In this document: one piece after another, positions 24,055-37,744 of the stretch
How the letters are laid out: every line of letters begins with the position of its first letter
Numbering within the stretch: position 1 is the first letter of the stretch
Assembly: GCF_028641065.1 (NCBI RefSeq)
Contig: NC_073396.1
Location: 13,020,001 to 13,084,000, forward strand
Origin: Leucoraja erinacea
Taxonomy: Eukaryota
Length of the DNA: 64,000 nt
Reading direction: 5' to 3'
Notes under the pieces: model-generated
Databases searched by the model: none
The model's input: only the letters and a program-made list of their open reading frames with translations
What the model was told of the DNA's origin: nothing
Position numbers and translations under genes: made by a program

Positions 24055-27000
24055 TAATAGACAATAGGTGCAGGAGTAGGCAATTTGACCCTTCGAGCCA
24101 GCACCGCCATTCAATGTGATCATGGCTGATCATCCCCAATCAGTACCTCGTTCATGCCTTCTCCCCATATCCCATGACTCTGCTATTTTTAAGAGCCCTA
24201 TAGCTCTCTTGAAAGCATCTAGAGAACTTGCCTCCACCGCTCTCTGAGGCAGAGAATTCCACAGACTCACCACTCTCTGAGAAAAAGTGTCTCCTTGTCT
24301 CCATTCTAAATGGCTTACTCCTTATTCTTAAACTGTGGCCCCTGGTTCTGGACTTCCCCCAATATCGAGAACATGTTTCCTGCCTCTAGCGTGTCCAACC
24401 CCTTAACAATCTTATATGTTTCAATGAGATACCCTCTCATCCTTCTAAACTCCAGAGTGTACAAGCCAAGCTGCTCCATTCTCTCAGCATATGACAGTCC
24501 AGCCATCCTGGGAATTAACCTTGTAAACCTACGCTACACTCCCTCAATAGCAAGAATGTCCTTCCTCAAATTAGGGGACCAAAACTACACACAATACTCC
24601 AGGTGTGGTCTCACTAGGGCTCTGTACAAATGCAGAAGGACCTCTTTGCTCCTATATTCGATTCCTCTTGTTATAAAGGCCAACATGCTTTCTTCACTGC
24701 CTGCTGTACCTGCATGCTTACTTTCATAGACTGATGAACGAGGACCCCCAGATCCCGTTGTACTTCCCCTTTTCCCAACTTGACGCCACTTAGATAGTAA
24801 TCTGCCTTCCGGTTTTTGCTACCAAAGTGGATAACCTCACATTTATCCGCATTAAACTTCATCTGCCCTGCCCACTCCCCCAACCTGTCCAAGTCACCCT
24901 GCATTCTCATAGCATCCTCCTCACAGTTCACACTGCCACCCAGCTTTGTGTCATCTGCAAATTTGCTAATGTTACTTTCAATCCCTTCATCCAAATCATT
25001 GATGTATATTGTAAATAGCTGTGATCCCAGCACTGAGCCTTGTGGTACCCCACTAGTCACTGCCTGCCATTCTGAAAGGGACCTGTTAATCTCTACTCTT
25101 TGTTTCCTGTCTGCCAACCACTTCTCTATCCATGTCAGCACTCTACCCCCAATACCATGTGTCCTAATTTTGACAACTAATCTCCTATGTGGGACCTTAT
25201 CAAATGCTTTCTGAAAGTCCAGGTACACTACATCCACTGGCTCTCCCTTGTCCATTTTCCTAGTTACATCTTTAAAAAATTCCAGCAGATTAATCAAGAA
25301 TGATATCCCCATCGTAAATCCATGCTGAATCGGACCGATCCTGTTACTGCTATGCAAATGTGCGGCTATTTCATCTTTTATAACTGACTCGAGCATCTTC
25401 CCCACCACCGATGTCGGGCTAACTGGTCTATAGTTTTCTCTCTCCCGCCTTTCTTAAAAAGTAGGATAACATTAGCCACCCTCCAATCCACAGGAACTGA
25501 TCCTGAGTCTATAGAACATTGGAAAATTATCACCAATGCATCCATGATTTCTAGAGCCACTTCCTTAAGTACCCTGGGATGCAGACCATCAGGCCCTGGG
25601 GATTTATCAGCCTTCAGTTCCATCAGTCTATCCAACACCATTTCCTGCCTAATGTGGATTTCCTTCAGTTCCTCTGTCACCCCAGATCCTCTGGCCACTA
25701 CTATATCAGTAAGATTGTTTGTGTCCTCCTTAGTGAAGACAGATCCAAAGTATCTGTTCAACTCATCTGCCATTTACTTGTTCCCCATAATAAATTCACC
25801 TTTTTCGGTCTTCAAGGGTCCAACTTTGGTCTTAACTAATTTTTTCTTCTTCACATACCTAAAGAAGCTTTTACTATCCTGCTTTATATTCTTGGCTAGC
25901 TTACCTTCGTACCTCATCTTTTCTCCCCGTATTGTCTTTTTGGTTATCTTCTGTTCTTTAAACATTACCCAATCCTCTTGCTGCCCGCTCATCTTTGCTA
26001 CGTTGTACTTCTTCGCTTTAATTTTTTATACTGTCCCTGACGTCCCTTGTCAGCCATAGTTGCCCTTTCTCCCCTTGGAATCTTTCTTCCTCCTAGGAAT
26101 GAACTGACCCTGCACCTTCTGTATTATTCCTAGAAATACCTGCCATTTTTGTTCCACTGTCATCCCTGCTAGTGCATCTTTCCAGTTAACTTTGGCCAAC
26201 TCCTCCCCTCATGGCCCCAACTGTAACACTGACACCTCCGATCTACCCTTCTCCCTCTCCAATTGTAGATTATACCTGACCATGTTATGGTCACTACCTC
26301 CTAATGGCTCATTAACCTCGAGGTCCTTTATCAAATCTGGTTCATTACATACCATTAAATCCAGAATTGCCTTCTCCCTGGTAGGCTCCAGTACAAGCCG
26401 TTCTAAGAATCCATCACGAAGGCACTCTACAAAGTCCCTTTCTTGGGGTCCAGTACCAAACTGATTTTTCCAATCTACCAGCATGTTGAAATCTCCCATA
26501 ACAATCACAGCATTACTTTTGCTACATGCCAATTTAAACTCCTGATTCAACTTGCGCCCATGTCCAGGCTACTGTTTGGGGGCCTGTAGATTAGTCCCAT
26601 TAGGGTCTTTTTACCCTTACAATTCCTTAGTTGTATCCATACTAACTCCACATCTCCTGTTTCAATGTCACCCCTGGCAAGGAACTGAATTTCATTCCTC
26701 ACCAACAGAGCAACACCACCCCCTCTGCCCACCTGTCTGTCTTTTCGATAGGAGGTATATCCTTGGATATTCAGTTCCCAGCCCTGGCCCTCGTGCAGCC
26801 ATGTCTCAGTAATTCCCACAACATCATAGTTGCCTGTTTCTAACTGAGCCTCAAGCTCGTCCACTTTATTCCTTGTACTTCGCACATTCATATGCAGCAC
26901 TTTGACCTCTGTATTCACTTCCCCCCTCGCACCGTTCGCAATTTGCCCGGACCTTACTTTGTTGTCCCTCCTCGAGCTTTCCTTCCCATGAATTCGAGAA

Positions 27001-27498
27001 TCTTTTGTAATTTTTCCTGTAGCCGCTTCCCTTTCAACTCCATCTTTATACTCCCAATTCCCCCAATCCCCCCCCCCCCCCCCCATTATTTAGTTTAAAC
27101 ACCCACGTGTAGCCCTAGCAAACCTGCCTGCCAGAATATCGGTCCCCCTCCAGTTAAGGTGTAACCCGTCCCTTTTGTACAGGTCACCCCTACCCCAGAG
27201 GAGATCCCAGTGGTCTATAAATCTAAATCCTTGCTCCCTGCTCCAGCCCCACAACCACACATTCAGATCCCCTATCTCCCGGTTCCTGTCCTCACTAGCA
27301 CGAGGTGCTGGAAGCAATCCAGAGATAATCACCCCAGAAGTCCGGCATTTCAGTCTTCTTCCCAACTCCCTGAACTCGTGTTGGAGAACCTCCTTCCTCT
27401 TCTTCCCGATGTCGTTTGTGCCTACGTGCACAACTACTGCCGGCTGTTCACCTTCTCTCGAGGATGTTCTGAATTTGGCTTGAGATATCGGCTCCATC
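24055..27498 (-). mobile_element. CR1/HER1-type LINE, near full length but frameshifted (ORF1 esterase end, ORF2 endonuclease + RT, 3'UTR)
   Basis: ORF1 motifs VVVHVGTNDIG and DGLHL; endonuclease motifs GITETW, IYRPP, MGDFN, GGSDH; RT motifs YLDFQKAFDKV, GVPQGSVLG, KFADDTK. Broken into several frames. Confidence 0.95.
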
Positions 27499-27745
27499 AA
27501 TACATTTTGCTGCCATCAATATAATGAAGGGATTAGAGAGAAGACAGGAGAATGGACTTTAGGTTCAAATGTGATCTTTTGATTGCAATCCATTTGGACT
27601 ATGTATGCTGTTTTTCTTTCTTTCTTTGATATTTTTGTGAATTAGCCAATGTGCTAATTGTTAACAAATTATAGCTGTGCAACTATCAGCAAATTTTCAA
27701 TATAACAATGCAAATTAAATTTCTGTCAACTTGTCTGTTTTGTAG

Positions 27746-28033
27746 GAGCAGATACTGGTGGAATGGAATCTGAAGCTAGCACGGATGTTACTATTCAGCA
27801 AGAGAAAGTCAGCTGTGGGACTACTAGTGAAGGAGATTCGCAATACTTAATAACCGAACAAATGGAGAATGAGGATTCTCTTCCTCAAACGTCTGTTAGC
27901 AATGGTGGAGAGTCGGATATCAGCAAGGAAATGGTAGATCTAAAAGTTATATGGAACAAAAACAAATATGATCTGAAAGTGCCACTCGATAGTACAGGAG
28001 CTAGCCTGAAAGAAAAGATTCACTCCCTCACAG
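27746..28033 (+). CDS. UBFD1: UBFD1 exon 2
   Basis: ttttgtag|...SVSNGGESDISKEMVDLKVIWNKNKYDLKVPLDSTGASLKEKIHSLT|gtatgt; start of the ubiquitin-like domain. Confidence 0.93.
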
Positions 28034-29610
28034 GTATGTCTGAAGGGAGGATGGGTTGCACTACTTTGTTGTGTTATATACCGGTTAAGAATTAAATATA
28101 GAAACAAGGAACTGCAGATGTTGGTTTATATCAAAAATAGACAGTGCTGGAGCACTCAGTGGGATCAGACAGCATCTCTAAAGGAAAAGGATAGGGCCAA
28201 AATATAGAAATAAGGAACTGCAGATGCCAGTTTAGACCAAGGATAAATACAAAGTGCTGGAGCTATCCTTTTTCTCCAGAGGTGCTGCCTGTTTTGCTGA
28301 GTTACCCTAGCACTTTGTCTATATTAAGAATTAAATATACATTGGGAGTGGTGCTATTATGCATAACATTGCAGACTTCGGCAATTCTTTAGATTCTATA
28401 TAGCAGAGACTGACATAGAAAATAAGAAACATATTTGCATTTCTATGGTAGACAAAAATGCTGGAGAAACTCAGCGGGTGAGGCCGCATATATGGAGCGA
28501 AGGAAATAGCCAACGTTTCGGGCTGAAACCCTATGGTGCTTTTGGGGCGACTTTATAATTGATGTCTAAACTAATTCTCAATCCATGCCAGTATATTATC
28601 TACATTTTCGTGTGCTTTAATTTATTTTTAACTTCTTGCATGGCGCCTTTATTGTAATTAATGTTTCCAGATTTTTCCTGTGAATTTTTCTTGCAAAGTG
28701 AGCACGGCATCTGTCTGATGTCTCTTGTTTCCTTTGTCTTTTTGTCTCTTGCAGACTCACAAAGACTTTTTTCCATTTTCCTATTGACAAAGATTTTGTA
28801 GTTTTTCTTTATTACTAGATGCTTTTATATTCAATTTTTCTATACTGTTTTCTGCATCCTTTGAGTTCTGAAATTTGCTCAAGCTAATTTGCCTTTTTAA
28901 CAAGAGTCACCTTTCCCTTTTGTAGTAACAAGGAACTGCAGTTGCTGGTTTACATACAAAGACAAATTGCTGGAGTAACTTAGTGGCTCTCCAGAGATGC
29001 TGCCTGACCCACTGAGTTACTATAGCATTTTCACCCTTTTGTGCAGTGATCATTGTCTACAGTTCTTTGTTTTAAATACATATAGTGATAATACCGAACT
29101 CAGTTAAAGGGGGAAATCGGCAATAACATATACCATCTTCCCCCACCCCATGGTCTGTTGCAACAAAGGTTTACTATGTAAAATGTGGTGAGTTCACTTC
29201 GACAATGAGTCGCTGTTGTGGGTATTGAGAATGGTGGTAATGAAAAGCACGCTATGCTGACATCAGGATAGCATATTTTATTCTGTATACATCCCATTGC
29301 ACACCATCTTTCCTGGACTGCCTCTTCAGACTGGAAATTTCATGGGGAACATCTCAGTTCATTTAGCTCTGAGTAAGAACAATTTACGTGGCTGTTTTAA
29401 GCTGTCAATTTGATGCAGTTGAGGGAAGGTATAATAGTGATTCGGGTGGATAGAGAGGAAGGATTCAACCCTTGTATTGATTGCAATAGATACAATGTTA
29501 ATGTATATTGATTGTAATACAATGTTGATCTATATCACTTGTCCTGATAGTAAAGAGCGCCTAAATTAATTTTCAAAGATTTAACTGGATCAACGTTATT
29601 TCCCTTTCAG

Positions 29611-29819
29611 GTCTCACTCCTGCCATGCAGAAGGTCATGTTCAAGGGGCTGCTCCAGGAAGATAAAACTCTACGAGAATTAAAAGTAACAAATGGCGCAA
29701 AAATCATGGTTATTGGATCAACGATTAATGATGTTTTAGCAGTAAATACACCAAAGGAGGTTGTCCAACAAGAGGCCAAAGCTGAAGAACCCAAAAAAGA
29801 ACCTCTATGTAGGCAAAAG
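29611..29819 (+). CDS. UBFD1: UBFD1 exon 3
   Basis: tttcag|(G)LTPAMQKVMFKGLLQEDKTLRELKVTNGAKIMVIGSTINDVLAVNTPK...KEPLCRQK|gtgagt; 209 bp. Confidence 0.96.
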
Positions 29820-30977
29820 GTGAGTTTCACTTTTTGATATAGTGAACATTGGGAACATGACATTGCATCAGTTTTGAAGGGCTGATAGGCATCGGATTTT
29901 ATGGTAGATCCGTATCTTAATAGAACTATGCACATGTATCTGAAATTTTAGTTGACACACTACTGTCTCCAGATTTTAATTATCTATGCCATAATGTGCA
30001 GTCCTCAATTTGATTTTGGGTTGTTGATGGCATCTTCTGTAGCTTTGCATTGTCACCCATGAAACTGTGGACTCTACAAGATGGTCATTACTGCATTTTT
30101 GTTTAAAGCTCCCTATGGGATCCATGTTGGGGATGTTGGATATCGCCTTTTGACAGGGTTATGTGCATCAGCACATTGTCATTTTTGTATCCATTCCAAG
30201 ACTAATTTTGCTAACTGGTCTGTAGTTTGGGATAGTTGTTTTTAAATCTTTGGAGCTTGTTGGTTTGAGCTGTTTTCTGGTGCCTTTGTTTCATTCATTT
30301 AAATCTTGGTTGCACCCATAATTAAAGCAGCCATTGTCAGTTTGAGAGCTTAATAAATTGATCTTTGTTCTTTTTAAGAGGAGCAAATTCCATCTTTGTA
30401 CTTTTTTTTTAAAGCGCACATGTGCAAAGTCAACTGGAAAAGTTAATGCAGACTTGGGACATGGCGCCCATAATTTTCCATTCTATAAGATTTGAGTTGA
30501 AACTGGGACTAGTAACGCCGATGGACAGTGAACTTTGGGGACTCTCTTTGTGTGCTTTGATTTTTAAGGACTTGTGCTAAAATAAACTCCAGTAATTGAC
30601 AAATTCTACTTGGGGCATGAACAGCTACTTGGGGCATGAGGAGAGAAGGCAAACAATTTCTGTTTGATCAACTTTGTTATTGGGATCCAGTAGATTAGAT
30701 GGCCACGGGCGATTATGGTAACGGTAGTGTGGGATTCTTGAGGGGTTGAATGGTTTTAGGGGTAAAACTGTCAGATAGAAAAGGAAGTGAGTTATTAATT
30801 CTGTGGAATTTTTAAATTGCTGCTGACCTTTATCGGAAGATATTCTGTTAAATTCAGCTAAGAATGCAGTAAAAACTGAGCATTATTTTAGTGAGACACC
30901 ATTTTCAGATAAGCTACCAGAGATTATTCAACATATCCCTTTGGCTCTGGTTTTGATGACTGTTTTGCTTGCTTTAG

Positions 30978-31043
30978 CAACACAGGAAAGTGTTGGACAA
31001 AGGAAAACCAGAAGATGTTATGCCATCCATTAAGGGTGTTAAG
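30978..31043 (+). CDS. UBFD1: UBFD1 exon 4
   Basis: ctttag|QHRKVLDKGKPEDVMPSIKGVK|gtatgt. Confidence 0.95.
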
Positions 31044-31244
31044 GTATGTAGTTACCAATTATATTAGTTGTTGTGCCTTGTATAGAGTTTTTGTGGAAGA
31101 TGGGGGAGGTGGTCATTATTGACATAGTGTATATCTCTCACCTCAATCTCCATTCTGAATGCCACTTGAATTTAAAAGTGTGATAATTTTTTTGCTGAAC
31201 ATTTGTACAGTTCAGTACAAATGTTGGTACAAACTTGGTACAGT

Positions 31245-31715
31245 GCTTAGTCTGCCTAGACCTACGGGATCTCCCTGTTGCCAACCATTTAAACTCTCCT
31301 TCCCATTCCCATACTGACCTTTCTGTTCTGGGCCTCCTTTGTCAGAGTGAGGCCACACGCAAATTGGAGGAACAGCACCTAATTTTGCTTGTAGTTGGCA
31401 ACCCAGTGGTATGGACAATAAACTTGCTAATTTTTAGTAATTTCTACTTGCACTCCTCTCCATCTAGATGTGTTACCAGTTCCACAGTTCTCCACATTGT
31501 TTCTCTTTTGAGATCACATCAACATTGGGCTAACCCTGCTGGAGGACATTTGTGGCCAGCCTTGATTGGTCCTGGCCTTTTCTCACCTCCAGCTCTTCAC
31601 CTGAGGAGCTTTCCATCTGAGGAAGGGTCCCGACCCGAATCGTCACCCATCCTTCTCCAGAGATGTGGTCTGACCTGCTGAGTTACTCCAGCACTTTGTG
31701 TCTATCTTTGGCCTA
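31245..31715 (+). mobile_element. Penelope-like 3' fragment
   Basis: LPVANHLNSPSHSHTD...KLEEQHL, plus a terminal repeat with a hammerhead-like motif at ~31617. Confidence 0.8.
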
Positions 31716-31988
31716 AAGCCAGACATCTGGGCTGGTGGTCTTGGTAGAGTGCTGAGGACCTGTGCACTTTTGAAGACCTAGAAACTTCTGATAGATTGAG
31801 GAAGTTTGGAAACTGGTGTTGTGGTTGGATGTCATCAGTGGCACTGATATTTTGTTGCTAATTAAAATGTCCTGGACCATAAATCTTTTTTCTGTTTTTG
31901 CAACTGATGTGATTTTGTTGATACATTGAATCAAAAGGTGATGAGGAATAGTGCTGTGTTAATAACTGTTGCTCCCTGAACTTTGTAG

Positions 31989-32094
31989 GAGCGCTTGCCA
32001 AGTGTACCATTGTCTGGCATGTACAACAAGTCGAGTGGAAAAGTAAGGTTAACCTTTAAACTGGAGCAGGATCAGCTCTGGATTGGAACAAAAG
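31989..32094 (+). CDS. UBFD1: UBFD1 exon 5
   Basis: tttgtag|ERLPSVPLSGMYNKSSGKVRLTFKLEQDQLWIGTK|gtaagt. Confidence 0.96.
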
Positions 32095-33024
32095 GTAAGT
32101 TCTGCAGATGGCATTTCTGTTCCTTCTGTGAATCATTGATCTTATAACCTGCTGTGTAACAAATAAAAATATTTCACATTAGTTTATTTAGCGTCAAAGA
32201 GGAAAATTATCAGATTTTTTAAACACTGGTTGCAGGGTAAGATACCTGGCCTACATTTATTTCACTGGTGCCGACCATCTGGTATTAGGTGGGCTCAAGA
32301 GCTGATTTAGAAAAAATAAAGGAACTGGCCTATACTGCATTTTGAACAGTGTTCTCGTACATTTTTTAAGTCAGCAGGTGCTTTGACAATGTCACATTGG
32401 ACTGATGACTGATGTTTGGTCAAAATAAGTACAGAATGTTTTGGTAATTTAAGATCATTTGTGGCGTGGAAAAGACATTAACATTGCAACATGACATATC
32501 GGAACTGATTTTGAGAATAGGGTACGATTGTTTGAAAGTTCTCCAGTCATTTGTTTTACCAGGTGTTTTAGGATGGAGTAAAATGGGGAAAGTTTTATGA
32601 CAAGGTGGAAGACATGAGATTAAATAACAAATAGAATGAACTTGCAAAAGGGGGTTGTAATGGCATAAGAAACAGAAAATTAGTCTAAAGGAGATATAAT
32701 TGGGAATGGAACAATGATCAAAAACTGAATTAAATTCAATCAAATATTGTCTAGAAAGCAAGCTGCTGTTCAAGTCTAATTACACAGATTTTACCAAAAT
32801 GTTTAAGTGCACGGCAACGGTTTGGTGTGGGAGTGCTACAACAAATTGACAACTAATCAGCAGTATGTTTGTATTTTGCCTTGAATAATGGTTTGAGTTC
32901 TGGAAGTAGAAAGATGAGAAATAAATGTCCAGGCGTTATATCTCTTGTAGTTGGTCAGCACAATTGAGTCCCTATATTTCTGTGAGGTTCTGATGTGAGT
33001 AATTTCCTTTTTTTTCCCAAACAG

Positions 33025-33107
33025 AAAGAACTGAGAAGATCCCCATGGGCTCTATCAAAAATGTGATCACCGAAGTTATTGAAGGACATGAAGATTATCA
33101 CATGATG
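33025..33107 (+). CDS. UBFD1: UBFD1 exon 6
   Basis: aaacag|(E)RTEKIPMGSIKNVITEVIEGHEDYHMM|gtgagt. Confidence 0.96.
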
Positions 33108-34195
33108 GTGAGTACTGGGAGAGCATGTGACCAGGAGGAAACCCTGCGGCAGGGCAGCAAGCCGTTTGACTATTCAATATTGTCGAGGTAGACGTGAGAC
33201 TGCGAGATGGGATACAGCAGAAGCTTGGGTGAGCAGGAAGTTGGCAGCTAATTAGTAGAGGGAGCAGCAGCTAGGGTTTGAGAGGAGGCATACGTAGGTG
33301 GACAATCTTCACTGATAGCTTTTGCATTCCGCTTGCTTTACTCTCCCAACAGTTAATGGCCGGATGCTTATTGACAACTCGCATAACTTTAATGCTGCCA
33401 CTCCATAATAGCCACCAAGACACATTAACTGTCCTTGTTTTATCTATGGCCTGATTTGCAGACCTTCATGACTTACAAGTGAGGAGCTGTTTACGTTGGA
33501 ATGTCTTATGACATACTGTGGAAGAGATATTGGAGGAAGTTAGTCTTGATCTCCTGAGCAGCTGGGATGCATGAAACTGATCCCAACTCTGGAGTTGAGT
33601 TCTGGATTGAAGGGAAGATTGGAGGAGGAAAGGTTGCTCTTAGAAATCAAATTTGATTTTCAGGATTTGATTTGGTGTTGGGCAAACTAAAGGTTGTGGG
33701 CTTTTAATGTGGTGAAGGTGGGGAGGTTATGCTAATTTTGGGGCTTGAGTGCATTGGATGAACCTCTAACCACTGGATTTCTAATTTCTAGATTAGAGAT
33801 TCTTTGAATGAACTTCTTTTGAATAAAACGCCATTTCAAAGAAGCAAAACTGCAAAATATCCATGTTCTTCTCTGAGAACCACAATTTTGGATATCAAAA
33901 CCATTCATTGTTTAGAAGCTCAAAGGTTATTGTTCAATGAAAAGTAGGCTTGCTATTCCTCTCTCAACAACATCAGAACACAAACTGGTTATTCATTCTT
34001 CTGTAAAATCTTTCCCTTGACTTCATGCACAACAACAGTAGTTGGACCTCAAGGTACTTCGGTGCATGTACAGTAGTCTAAAGATGCTTTGGTAAGAAAT
34101 AGGATTGTGTACAAGTAGAAGATTGCTTTGCCTGTAAATCATCAGAAATTACTTTCTTTAAAATAATACTTCATTCTCATTTCCTTTTTTTCCAG

Positions 34196-34306
34196 GCATT
34201 TCAGCTGGGTCCCACTGAAGCTTCTTACTACTGGGTTTACTGGGTGCCTACACAATATGTTGATGCAATCAAAGATACAGTCCTTGGAAAGTGGCAGTAT
34301 TTTTGA
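34196..34306 (+). CDS. UBFD1: UBFD1 exon 7 (terminal coding exon)
   Basis: ttccag|AFQLGPTEASYYWVYWVPTQYVDAIKDTVLGKWQYF*. Joined CDS is 879 nt, i.e. 292 aa. Confidence 0.97.
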   Translation, partial: AFQLGPTEASYYWVYWVPTQYVDAIKDTVLGKWQYF

Positions 34307-36537
34307 ATGTGCCTCCACCTCTGGCAGTGAAGGACAGACTGAAACCAAAGGACTACAAAATTTATTGGAACTTGCTTACTGGATTATAATTCTTCCTCCC
34401 ATCCCCCTTCCCAAACATTGGAAGATGCTAACAAAGATATAGATTAAAAAATAATGAAGATCCTCACCAGAAGCTGGAGGTGGTTTGTTCAATAAAGACT
34501 TTACCTGTGAACAACAAATTAAAAAACAAACACCATTTCAAAGAAGCAAAACTTCAAAATATCCAAGTTCTTCTTTGAGAGCCACAATTACCTGCAGGTG
34601 ATGTGCTAGAAGCATTTTATTATATCTACTGTAACATGGATAACATCCCAATTTAGGCTTGTTAAGTATCCATTCGGAACAGTGTCTGTAAAACAGTACA
34701 GTGGGGCACTACTCAATGTGCTCCTCGCCTCTATCTTCATGTGGATCCATTGTACTATAAAACCAAATTGTGGAATATTTATTTCTTTGAGCAATCTTGC
34801 ATCACGTGTCTGTTCTCAGGACGTTTCACAATTGGTTGCCTTGTATTTAAGTATCTTCCCAAGTCGTGGGCGATATAGCCCATCCCAATGCCAATTGAAA
34901 AGGCCTAATCCCAATTCACAGATTTGATCTGCAAACTTGTAAGTGCGTGGCACAACAAATATACATCCAAGTAACTTTTTAAATATAAGGGTTTCTGTCG
35001 TAATATTTAAATTTCATATGCACTCATGTTTGCGTATTGCCTCATTGGCTGTTTTTATTTCCACAACCAGAGGGAGAGCATGGAGTAAATGGTGCATAAC
35101 AAATTCTATTTGTCTGTGCCTTCTCATTGCTTTCAAACTAACTTTGCTATTTAATTGCAAAACCTCCTCCCTCTTCCCCTCAGATTTCACTATGCAATTA
35201 TGCAGGACCCACTGTACTGCCTCTGATTTGTATTTGAGAGCAAAGGAAGCCATATTTGGATGAACAATATTACTATAAAATATGTTTTCCTTCTTAACAT
35301 AGGGCCATACCTGTTTAAAGCTGCATGACCATTTCCACTTTTGTTTCAGTTTCATGGGGTTGAGGGAGTTCAAGAGAAAAGGGGTGTATTGCAGTATGGC
35401 AGTAGATGAGTTGCAAAGCATTTTGGCTTTCTCTAGATGTGAGTTGCACTTTTTTCCTATTTCTGGATTGAACTTGTTGGATCTAAATGGATGTCAACTC
35501 TACCTGGCATTCCAAGGTGTTTGAGTTATTAATACTTCTGCACTGAAGGAAATTGAATTTGGCTCTCTCCAATTGGCTGTGCTGCCTATCGGTGTCCTCG
35601 TAAAGTTAGTCGTGTGCACATGGGGCTGGCATAACCAGTTGAACCATAAATTAAAGACCATTGCATGTTTTTAAATGTCAAAACTGAACTTTTTTTTTCT
35701 TCTTTCCCAATGCCTGCCTTTGCTGTTTACAGTAAGCACACTTTAGAGAAATTTGGAAAGGAGTAAAACATCAAGCAACTTTTCAACATTAAGTGGCCAT
35801 TTTCCTGCAAGGCATCACAGAGTTGTATAGGTTTGCAATGTGTGCTGTGTAGTTTGGTTGTATTTGAATCAATAAAGCGGGGGAAAGGGTTCTTGTACTG
35901 TAAACAAATCATCAGATCAAGCCATCCATTCAATTGCAGAATTTTCTGACACTAAATATTTGAGGGGACAGTGTAAAGGGAGCTTTGCACTGCACCCAAC
36001 ACATTGGACGCTGTAGAGGAACCTAATTTTGTATGTAACTTAATATACATGCCTTGGAGGTATTTTGGATTGTGTGGAAAGAGCTTCACTCTGTGTTGTA
36101 CTAGTACCGAATACTTGCACTAATGGCAATTAATGGAATAGTGTGCAGTTTCTAATCACTGAGATCCTTACGTGGATGAGTATAAATAGATAAATTAAAT
36201 GTTGAGTGTTTTGGGATTTCTGATAAGTTTATAGATCTTAGACCTGATAACCATGAAAGGTGCAATATTTAAATGTAATATGCCATCATTTTTATATAAA
36301 AAATAATCATTGCCCTGTTCTGAAGTTTTTCATGGCACAAACTGATACAGTACTGTGGTTTAGTGTAAAAGGTCATGCAGTTTTAATAACACATAACTTG
36401 CAGAATGCATGATTCAAGCACACTGATCTTTTCAAATTAAGGAAGTTGACTTGGTTTTAGAGTTGTATTGCTTCCAATTTTAGTGCTGACCATTAGTTAG
36501 CCCATTGTTTAATTCTGAAAACTAGTCTTTATTGCCA

Positions 36538-36543
36538 ATTAAA
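36538..36543 (+). terminator. Candidate distal poly(A) signal of UBFD1
   Basis: ATTAAA followed by a T/GT-rich tract, at the end of a long repeat-free AT-rich 3'UTR-like stretch. Alternative AATAAA hexamers at 34491 and 35871. Confidence 0.45.
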
Positions 36544-37329
36544 GTTTGTTACTTTACAGTATTTGATTTTTTTTTAATTGTCGTCCTTTACGGGTCTGAA
36601 TGCAATAACACCACACACTATCCCTCCAATGTGCAACCTGCTTTGGAAATGCACAGATTTGAACATTATTTGGTATATGGAAAAAAGATACTAAAGGGAG
36701 GGAGAGTTTAGTTTTGAAGTAAGATCCTAACGTGGTATTGACACAATCATGATGAATCAGGAAAAGGGTTCAAAGTAGAAGTGAAATCCCAATAAACAAT
36801 GTAATAACAAGGAACGGCAGGCAGGTGCCTGTTTAAACCGGCGATAGACGAAAAAAGCTGGAGTATCGCAGCGGGTCAGGCACCATCGCTGGGTGGCGTT
36901 TTGGGTCGAGACGCTTCTGAGTTACTCCAGCTTTTTCTGTTTATCGGCAGAAAGACGTGTACACAATCGAACCATCCACAGCGTACAGATACATGATAAA
37001 GGGAATAACGTTTAGTGCAAAATAAAGTCCGATCAATCTCGGTCTGAGGGTCTCCAATGAGGTAGATGGTAGCTACCTCAGGACTGCTCTCTAGTAGTTG
37101 GTAGTAGCAAAGATCTAGGTTGGTAGGGCGGATGATTAGTGACGTTTCACGTTGAGGCCCTCCCCACCCGAAACGTCGCCTATCAATGTTCTCCACCCGC
37201 TGAGTTACTCCAGCATTTTGTGAGTATCTTTCCCAATTAATAAACGATTACAGCTTGGGGGTCCACACGGGTCTAGTTATCACTACTGTTTATCTGGCTG
37301 GGTTGTTTTAAATGCGGTGTTTGTGCATG

Positions 37330-37744
37330 CAGCATGTGCCGGAACGGGAAGTAGCAAGAACCTTCCTCGACAACATTTACAAACAAAACAGCTCCACGTG
37401 TCAGCGACCTGTCACTTTCGCTTCGCAGGCCCCGCCCCTCCAACGCGCGGGCATCTGATTAGTTCAGCGTCGGAGGCCCGCCCACCTGTCCACGGCATCC
37501 TCGCGTCCCATTGGTGGGGTTCAATGTCACTCATCTGCTCTACGACCGACGTGCTGTCCAATGAAACACCGGCCGCTCGACTTCCGCGTCCTCCAGCCAA
37601 TCGCATGAGGGCGGGAGCGGGGTGCTCGCGTCGGGCAGCGGGCGCGCGCCATGGCTGTTGTCCGCTGACGGTTGGAGCGCGAGCCATGGAACGGGCCCGG
37701 GCGATCGGAGATCCTCACTGAAGCCAAACCTGCGGCGCAAGGCG
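37330..37744 (+). promoter_or_regulatory. CpG-island promoter of the IRE1-family gene
   Basis: CpG-dense; GC-boxes (ccccgccc ~37430, gggcggg ~37608); CCAAT boxes (37558, 37597); CCACGTGTCA at 37394. Confidence 0.75.

Noticed and set aside
24310-27500. Functional reverse transcriptase or endonuclease genes
   Set aside because: ORF2 is split by frameshifts and stops, so this is a dead CR1 copy. The antisense ORFs are shadows.
30606-30639. Short tandem duplication ctacttggggcatga x2
   Set aside because: Ordinary slippage duplication with no further structure.
37480-37620. Canonical ERSE (CCAAT-N9-CCACG) or ERSE-II in the ERN2 promoter
   Set aside because: CCAAT and CCACG are both present, but not with the required spacing or orientation.
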